Part shown: in pieces, positions 13,601-20,000 of the stretch
Layout: the number at the start of each line of letters is the position of its first letter
Position numbering within the stretch: position 1 is the stretch's first letter
Assembly: GCA_003344405.1 (NCBI GenBank)
Contig: NOWV01000280.1
Location: 48,039-68,038 of the forward strand
Direction of reading: 5' to 3'
Length of the DNA stretch: 20,000 nucleotides
Origin: Trichoplax sp. H2
Taxonomy: Eukaryota
Program-made: the position numbers and the translations under genes
Notes under the pieces: model-generated
What the model saw: only the letters and a program-made list of their open reading frames with translations
Database searches by the model: none
What the model was told of the DNA's origin: nothing

Positions 13601-14405
13601 ACGAATATATATTGCTACATAGATAGATTTTAGTCCTTGCCATATACTTCTACTAGACGCAGAGAGCCCTTAGTTACAATTGAATTTATTCAAATGAAAT
13701 TATTTGAAAACGTCTTAAAGTATTTTATACTATTCGTGGCCTTTTCATCTGTATCTAGCAAGTGTGAAAATGGTAAAAGTGCGTATAAGTTGTATCTTAA
13801 ATATTAGAGAATTGGATCGTTTTCATTGCTAGTAAGTAGGAATATGTTTAATTCATAAATCCGTTAGGCAGGTAAAATATACAAGATATTTCGTAATTTT
13901 TTTTAGTTAGTCTTATCCTCAAACGTCGTTAATCTATTGATAATTTCAGAAAGAAATTACGTTTAATTTACTTATTCTTAAAAAATAACTATGTTGAAAA
14001 TCTTTGGGATTGTAACAAGCAGAAGAAGTAAAGAGACGAAATCATTTAACGAAATCGATCTAATGGCTAATGTGCAACATTCCAATAACGTTTAATGATA
14101 CAATAAACTATGCTACTTACCCTAGCATTACCCGAAATCAATTTTAAATTATACCCTTGCAGTATATTAGAATTATTGTTAATATGTTCTAAAGCAAAAT
14201 GAGTAGCAATTAGACAGTCACCAACACTAGTTCCATCGCCATCGAGTGAATAAGATCCACCAATATAAATCGATTTTAGGCTATCTTTAGGGAGAGATAA
14301 AACAGTAATTTGTTGATTTTTAAATTGGCAATTTAAGAAAATTCCCATTATGATACACCACCAATTTCCCATAATATGCTGACGTGAATATTTAGTCCAT
14401 TTCAT
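1509..14405 (-). CDS. Whole gene span: GABA-B receptor-like class C GPCR, 17 coding exons, about 837 aa
   Basis: Manually spliced exons join in frame through AG acceptors and GT donors (one GC donor). GABA-B family motifs: ALEHINNNSNILQGYNL, GSACSTVT, SYASVSPALSNR..YPNFFRT, FNW, YDATWVIALALN, G-PIAF..GDR, SPNINN, FTKTWR, NDSKYIGLAIYNV, LIFIPK. No cysteine-rich domain lies between the VFT and TM1, unlike mGluR/CaSR. Confidence 0.93.
1792..1866 (-). CDS. Exon 16 (TNTVQSQTGGYTEDIVKKKDDEIIE)
   Basis: Acceptor catttag, donor GAA|GTAAGT, 25 codons, phase 0/0. Start of a charged helical segment. Confidence 0.75.
2202..2832 (-). mobile_element. Solo-LTR-like insertion, 631 bp, with 5-bp TSD GTCAA (2197-2201 and 2833-2837)
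   Basis: Starts TGTCACA and ends TGTAACA (TG...CA, 6/7 inverted match). The empty site with a single GTCAA is at 3205-3209. Minus-strand TATATAAA (2401-2408) and AATAAA (2380-2385) suggest the orientation. Confidence 0.8.
3045..3064. other. Assembly gap (20 N)
   Basis: Run of N. Confidence 1.
3065..3416 (+). repeat. Duplicate of 2057-2201 plus 2838-3044 lacking the insertion (probable alternative haplotype)
   Basis: 352 bp with 5 substitutions by my count. Both copies abut the gap. Confidence 0.9.
3954..4043 (-). CDS. Exon 15: proximal C-tail (IAKIKRQGLSLSRIGTLENRPKSTIRSRGV)
   Basis: Strong donor GTC|GTAAGT, weak A-rich acceptor taataaaaaag, 30 codons, phase 0/0. Confidence 0.7.
4292..4624 (-). 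CDS. Exon 14: ECL2 and TM5-TM7 (ETSLNDD...TCSTK...AWRTRNI...NDSKYIGLAIYNV...CLIFIPK)
   Basis: Acceptor ttccag, 111 codons. Ends at a predicted GC donor AAG|GCAAGA, or reads through to TAG at 4265-4267. Confidence 0.93.
4770..4889 (-). CDS. Exon 13: TM4 (VITNQQLYLFIAMIVLVGIVILTVQAVIDPIRIIERNTTE)
   Basis: Acceptor ttgcag, donor GAG|GTAATT. Hydrophobic helix followed by DP. Confidence 0.93.
5065..5172 (-). CDS. Exon 12: TM3 (ARTWLLLLGFMTGFSALFTKTWRLQVIFSNRSAKSK)
   Basis: Acceptor ttatag, donor AAG|GTAGCA, KTWR motif. Confidence 0.95.
5871..6009 (-). CDS. Exon 11: ICL1 and TM2 (IIKVASPNINNIIAVSAIFCYLSIIFLG...RTACW)
   Basis: Acceptor aacag, donor TGG|GTAGGT, IK.SP..NN motif. Confidence 0.94.
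6109..6259 (-). CDS. Exon 10: stalk and TM1 (DGKPPIDLPAIKIHKDTVPLFLYITMVVLSGFGIALALFFMTFNMLYRNNR)
   Basis: Acceptor tttcag, donor AG|GTCAGT, phase 1/2. Overlaps ORF 6084..6275. Confidence 0.94.
6526..6615 (-). CDS. Exon 9 (KGKNVEIGLYYTETDNVVWNNSVNISWGTN)
   Basis: Acceptor accag, donor G|GTAAGC, phase 1/1, IG.Y...W motif. Confidence 0.88.
7094..7157 (-). CDS. Exon 8 (GPIAFTEAGDRLGVAMLRRLE)
   Basis: Acceptor ttttag, donor GTAACG, ends in phase 1. Completes the GVTGPIxF..GDR motif. Confidence 0.9.
7637..7885 (-). CDS. Exon 7 (TPGEWIQDY...GGKKFAGFTYDATWVIALALNNS...KIDGVT)
   Basis: Follows a 76-nt intron, donor ACG|GTATGA, 83 codons, YDAxW.ALALN motif. Confidence 0.94.
7962..8174 (-). CDS. Exon 6 (AYHLGLTPPKYTWIGPGWFTQPYWW...VECSDAVMDSMVEGFF...PTVSGL)
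   Basis: Acceptor ctttag, donor CTG|GTTAGA, 71 codons, KYxW..GW..WW motif. Confidence 0.93.
8310..8375 (-). CDS. Exon 5 (KSSVRIIYTGFFPSPGRRLLCR)
   Basis: Acceptor tttgtag, donor CGT|GTAAGT. Matches the GABA-B RIIVGLFY...RKVFC segment. Confidence 0.9.
9692..9799 (-). CDS. Exon 4 (LADRIISIANSSGINIVVSYTFETNKDPLQGLSVIK)
   Basis: Acceptor tttcag, donor AAG|GTTTGT, 36 codons, phase 0/0. Confidence 0.88.
10300..10470 (-). CDS. Exon 3 (ISYASVSPALSNRKFYPNFFRTRSSENERIKPNFSILKRFNWKNIAVMVESINLYTS)
   Basis: Acceptor caatag, donor TCG|GTATGG, 57 codons, hallmark SPALSNR..FFRT motif. Confidence 0.95.
11643..11780 (-). CDS. Exon 2 (CNAGAGMKVLFHQLSTPPKKLMILGSACSTVTEPMAQTSREFDLVQ)
   Basis: Acceptor ttttag, donor CAG|GTTAAT, 46 codons, VFT G-x-x-C-S motif. 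Confidence 0.93.
14121..14405 (-). CDS. Exon 1: N-terminus and start of VFT (MKWTKYS...IYIGGSYSL...ALEHINNNSNILQGYNLKLISGNAR)
   Basis: 95 codons, donor AGG|GTAAGT. The start could instead be the second Met (MGNWW). Confidence 0.85.
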
Positions 14406-17400
14406 GATTTCTTGTCAGTATAATTGATCAGCGATAAGCTAGTAAATTATAATAATTGATTTATGACTGCTAATTTAAGTGTTGTTGTTAACATCACCAT
14501 TCCTGCGCAAAATGTTTTTTATTTCAAATTTTTTTTACCTTTGAAATCATGTGGAAAATTATGAATAAGCAAGGTTTAAAATAAATAATGAAGCTAAGTA
14601 CTTTATATAAGAGTCACATTATTTTATTTCAATTTTGCTATTGTATAGATAATATGCTTTATTATCGTAATTCAGTGTCTACGTAAAGTTGTGTTGTCCT
14701 GTGATATTACGAAACCTGTATGTGAATACGTCAATAAATTATAAATATCACAATATTTCTTTTTATATGCTAGCTGGATGGGCATGGAAAAAAACCAATT
14801 ATTTACGTATTTCTATCTATTAACTTATATTGTCTCATAGTTAGCAAGATAATTATCATGTGAATTGCCTATTTAGAATGCTTTCAAATAAATTATAACC
14901 GGTATCTTGTAATCAATACTATATTCATTGCATTATGGATGAATTTATTCAAAATTAAAAGCGATCGAGAAAATGATATAATTTCAATATTGTAACCACC
15001 TCGTAAAAACGAGTAAATAAAAATAGATAATGAATTTAGAAGGATATTTTCTTTTCAACGTGACTATAACTAAAAAATTTTATTCCTATTTTCAGGCAAA
15101 ACAAACAAGCCTTTATGGTAATCACTGAAGTAGCCTTAATGGATAAATAAGATATTTAAGTAAAGCTTTTTAGAGGCTTAGATAATGATTGAATGAAGGA
15201 GCGAAGGCTCTATTTTGTCAAATAAAGTTTATGAAAAACTCAGAGAACGGTATTATTAAGTATAGAAGTTTTGGCTTTTCATCATTAGATAAAGCTTATG
15301 AATGCTTCAGAATTAGTTATTGCTATTTGAAAAATTACGGGCTCTTAGTTGGAATATTATAGTATAACGGTGCTAAATTAAGGATTTAAGAAGTTTTATT
15401 GATTATCTAGTGGGTTGTCTTTGATCTATAATACCATTTTTATCTCTAAATACGGTAACAATGTAAAGATGTCATTATCTTTCCGCATTGTTTCCGAGAT
15501 ACTTAGAGAATATACCGGAATACTATTTTATTATCGCTTGCTATAATATATTTTAAACTGATCGAAAATGAACTCTTTAAGAAAATTAGTTATCGACATA
15601 TGTATCGCATTATTTTAAGCTTTATTATGATAATTACTAAACGACTAAATGTCTCCTTTGCAATATTTTTTTCATTAAAAGTAATAACACAAGAATCATC
15701 ACATTTTTTTGATTATTCAGCAATGTTGATGCAGTTCGTAAGTATGAACGCATAACAAGTAAATTCCATAAATAAGCTACTAAGCCTTTGATTAGGCCTG
15801 CTAGTTACTAACTCTAATTGTTATTTTCTTTATGAGATTAAAATCTTCGCGAATATATATCAATATTCTGGTACTGCAGCGGCCTTATAAAAGTTTTTCG
15901 TTATTGCATGCTAACGTGATATAGTGCAAGCTTTAGGATATTTTCTAGACAATTTACAATTAGCAGATACAGTATGCAAAAGATTATTAATTAAATTTAC
16001 CTGATAAATACTGCGATATCGGGTAACTGATATACTATATTGGATATCAGTATAATTATCAACTTCATTAAACATTAATTTCTGTTATAACTATGTTCGA
16101 ATCTGTAATTATCATTTTAATTAAAAATGAACACAATAGAAGATCACGTAATTTATTAACCTGATATATAAAATCTCCAAACCTATAACAAATTCAAGTA
16201 GACGTCTAGAGTTGATCATGGTGTATTGCTTTCTAAGCGTTATAATCTCTAAAGATGGCGTATTTATGTAAGAAATTTACTGGAACAAATTAAGTAAGTA
16301 GAGTTTATAAATCAATCGCATTCTTCAGAATCTCCCTGTAAATTCTAATTATGGCATACATTTGTACATTATATACTGACTGAACGTAACCGAAAATAGG
16401 TGGACATAATAACATAAACAGTATATCTCATAGGTCAGAATCATATCTATTTAGAATTTAATACTGACATGCATCTAGTAATTGCAAGATAAGAAATATT
16501 GTCCATTGCTTCCGAAAATACTTCTAATATACCCAAAAGTTTACAAAAGCCTGCATAGGATGAATAATTTTATTTTAATTTCTTCCTTTTTATAGTTATC
16601 AGTATTTATACCAATGAAATAAAATAAATGCGTATAAACAGGCATAATTACAGAAATAAGAAATAAATAATTTAAGATAGGCAAGTATTGAAACTTTTTA
16701 GGCCTTAATATATATAAGCGTCGATTGAAATATTCATAAAACGTATAAAACTTGCATTTACATGTAATAATCATTTATTAACCTGTATACATAACTAATG
16801 CCAAAAAATTGAACAGGAATTGAACAGGAAAGGACAATAAATGCAATTTTAGCTATAATTAGATAAGAGAAAATGATTTAAAAGAAAACATATCAATAAC
16901 TTTGTGAATGAAATACAAAGATCCTTTCAATATATTAATACTTACAGAAAATCAAATAGAATTGCTTTTATTGATTATTTACATGATGCAATAAGAATTA
17001 CATCTTAGTAGTACGTAAAAATCCAGATTTGTCAGAAAATTCTCGTCTGAAGTTCGAGTTTATTAAATAATATCAATTAAGTCTTCATGAAATCAAGGAA
17101 ATTTACGCAATTTAGATTCTCTGGCTGTCATTGCTTTTATTTAGAAGAAATATTTACTACTTTTAGAATGTAATTTGTAAAGTTAAACGTCAAAATTTAG
17201 AAATTGCCTTAAGAATAAATGACAATGATATACAGATTATCTATTAAACAAATTTTAACACTACAGTTGTTGCTTAGGGGTTAATCAGTAACAGCTGTAA
17301 GTATTTAACGAACAGAATGTCATATTTAATTTGTATTATTATGCGACATTCTGAAACAGATTCTAATATAAGAATGAAAAAAATAAGGTCAACGTTAAGA

Positions 17401-19005
17401 TATCACGCTACAATAGACATATAAATGATTACGAACCTGTAGAGGACATTTATGCTTACATGGAATATTATTAAAATCGCGAAGACGTCCCTAGGTTACT
17501 TGTCATTGTTTTCACTGAAGTTTTATTAGCCATATTTTCTTTATTGCTTCACAATAATATGCATGTAGTCATAGATCTAGGTGACTGCTGACTCTGATTA
17601 CCCTCGCAAATGTCAGACACTGTTATTATTAAAATTTTACTACATAATGAAAAGGAAGGAAATTTATATTGTGAAGATCTAAGGTCGATTTCTAGATATT
17701 TATGAGTAAAATCGTGGAAATGAGGGCACAGCGTTTATATGATAGAGATACAAAGATACTAAAACTCTTAGAGAAGTGTGATTGACAATCATTTTAAAAA
17801 TCTATACGCTATGAGCAATGCCTCGATGAACTTTGCTTGAAATATTTATTCTGCACAAGCTTAGTAATAAAGCTAGAATGCCATTACTCTCCCAAGGCGT
17901 CATAAGGAGCACTAAAGTCATGACACTTGTGCTTGCTCACTTGAGAGGAGCTGTAATGAATGATGATGATAGACCCTTGTAGCATTGCCACTGGGTTGCC
18001 GTGAAATCTACATCAATACTTTGTAGGGCTAATAATTTTGTATCGTATTTAAATACGGGAAGTTCTTATAGTATTACCTTTGTCATGATTTACAATATAA
18101 AATTGTTTCATCATGTCCTTTATGCATGCTCATCATACAAAAAATAATTTGAAAATTTCATTCATAGCTAATAAATAAATAGGTAGTAATTAATAAATAT
18201 TATTGAAGTATGGGCAATAGATTAAAGAAGCCGATTGATATTTTTCAACGTACTGAGACTAAAATATATAAAGTGGAGGAATTATCTGTTTTTATTTTTT
18301 TTACCCTTTATGATAAAGTGTTTGAATATAGGTATTTACCAGTTTGGTCATGAACTTTAAGGAACAAGGGAAATTTGATTACGACAGGGGTACAATTTTT
18401 GGTTAGTAGTCCATGTTATGAACCATGGTTTCATTGCTACCGTAACCTGGCATGACCAGAAAAATGATAAAGGCCGGGATATTTATTATTTTGCACTAAT
18501 GGCCGCTCGACGTCCCTATTTCTTCCCATTTAGTAATCGCTGACGATAGTATGCGTAACTGTACTGGCATAAATAAGAAACAAGAGAAAATAGTCCACCT
18601 GACTTAGGTGACAAATATACTTTATTTCACTCCTAACTTAATTTAACGAGGCATGAAGACATTTTCTATCGTTTCTCTTGAGTAGATAACACTTTCTACA
18701 ATCTCCAGGTTCTACGTACAGTACTACGTTATTCATCTTAGAAAACAACAACTCATTTAAAGTAGAGAGATTAAGATCAGCCTCAATAGCATCCGCGACC
18801 AGACGAAGTTGCAATTATGCTTTCTCTCTAATGTCTCCTATACGACCTTATAATATTTCATCCCATGGTAGTTCAATGCTTGAAGTTTCGTATATTAGTC
18901 CAGTATACAAAATCTATCATACAGTTGGGTAATTTAAAATGTCAAGGTTGAGTTTGTAGAAACTCTTACAATCCAAGCACTTAGCACTACAGGACAATGT
19001 AGTGT

Positions 19006-19204
19006 ACGGTGGCCCAAAAGGGACAACTTTTACAGAACAGAATCTGTAGTGTAGTACTGTACTGTACAGTACTGTACAGTATACCGTCGCGTACTGTAGA
19101 ATTTACAGTACATCTACCATGTAGGAATTCTTTTTTTCAAAACTGTACTGATTCTGCTCTGTAAGGTTGTCACTTTTGAACGGTGGCCCAAAAGGGACAA
19201 CTTT
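19006..19204. repeat. 25-bp direct repeat ACGGTGGCCCAAAAGGGACAACTTT (19006-19030, 19180-19204) plus an inverted partial copy (19163-19178)
   Basis: Read directly. AAGGTTGTCACTTTTG matches the reverse complement of CAAAAGGGACAACTTT at 14/16 positions. Confidence 0.85.
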
Positions 19205-19864
19205 AAAAGAGTAGGCCAACTACAGATTACGGGCCATAACGTAATATGGACGGACATTGCACAAGGGTCACTCGTGTAGAAGAGGACAGTGCAACTACGA
19301 CATTGTGGGCTCGAGAATAGAACAGTAGTCGACATTGCCTTGGACTACTAAATTATCTATAATTGAGTTGTAATATTGAGTAGTCCATGGCAATGTATTT
19401 AGTAGGAGTCCAGTAAGGTAGACAATAATAGCGAATGCGCGCAAGGGATGGACATTGGACACCTTGTACAAAGAACAATACAGCATTATTGTTCGGAGCC
19501 CTGCCTGCTCTGAATTTCAGAGTACTGTACTGTACTCTGTGTACTGTACACTGTAGGTATCACAATGCCATCAGAGTCCGGAGTGCGCATGCGGCACATG
19601 GAATTACGTACAGTATTCCTCAGTTCTACTGTACTGAACAGATACTGTAGAGTACAGTGAAACTATAGATCATAAAGGTATTGAACCGAACTGAACCGTA
19701 CCGAACCTTTCTCAGGTCGACGTGAAAGCAATTGACTACTTCACTGAATGTCTATTATTTTCAATGGACACGCTCATACTAGACCATACTCAAGCACAGT
19801 AGAGTATGGAGCTGAGAGAGGTGCTACGGACCGTGTCGTGTACTCAGTGTACTGTACTGTATAC
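19050..19864. repeat. Clusters of TACTG/TACAG pentamer-like simple repeats and an AACCG-like run (about 19683-19707)
   Basis: For example tagtactgtactgtacagtactgtacagta near 19053-19081, with more near 19521-19556, 19627-19659 and 19848-19863. Confidence 0.7.
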
Positions 19865-20000
19865 CGGTAAGTTGATCTGGAAGGAAAGACGAGGCAACTA
19901 GACACTAAGCAACTAGAGACGCCAACGACGAGATTTCAGTTTGCCAAGTTGGATTCAATTTGATTGCCTGGTATTGGACTTAAACATCACTATTTCTATC

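Noticed and set aside
14503..14538. Possible 36-nt 5' UTR intron (GTAAAA...GCGCAG on the minus strand)
   Set aside because: It is very short and cannot be supported without transcript data.
1155..16774. Other short ORFs (1155, 5429, 8713, 13084, 13389, 16541)
   Set aside because: They are short, have AT-biased composition, show no motifs and are intronic or intergenic, which is consistent with chance.
16807..16828. Tandem 11-mer AATTGAACAGG x2
   Set aside because: An isolated micro-duplication with no further structure.
17878..17982. Short GC-richer plus-strand ORF (MPLLSQG...DDDRPL*) or box C/D-like motifs
   Set aside because: Only 34 codons, with no recognisable homology and no complete RNA structure.
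19006..19204. 25-bp direct repeats as a CRISPR array
   Set aside because: Only two copies with a 149-bp spacer, no cas genes, and an intron-rich eukaryotic context.
19114..19650. Three short ORFs in the GC-richer block
   Set aside because: They overlap simple repeats, and higher GC lowers stop frequency. No recognisable domain.

Overview
AT-rich eukaryotic (animal) genomic DNA. I can reconstruct a complete 17-exon gene on the minus strand (ATG 14405 to TAA 1509, about 837 aa). It encodes a GABA-B-receptor-like class C GPCR with a Venus flytrap domain, a GABA-B2-like 7TM domain and a C-terminal coiled coil. All junctions keep the frame, and intron 14 needs a non-canonical GC-AG splice. By manual alignment, several canonical GABA-binding residues are substituted, suggesting an orphan receptor with a different ligand or none. 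Intron 15 holds a 631-bp solo-LTR-like insertion (TG...CA, 5-bp TSD GTCAA). Across a 20-N assembly gap lies a second, about 1.4%-diverged copy of the same flanks without the insertion, so filled and empty alleles appear to be assembled side by side. The last ~1.5 kb is GC-richer and contains short direct and inverted repeats of unclear origin. The composition and divergent receptor would fit an early-branching animal such as a placozoan, but that is only inference.
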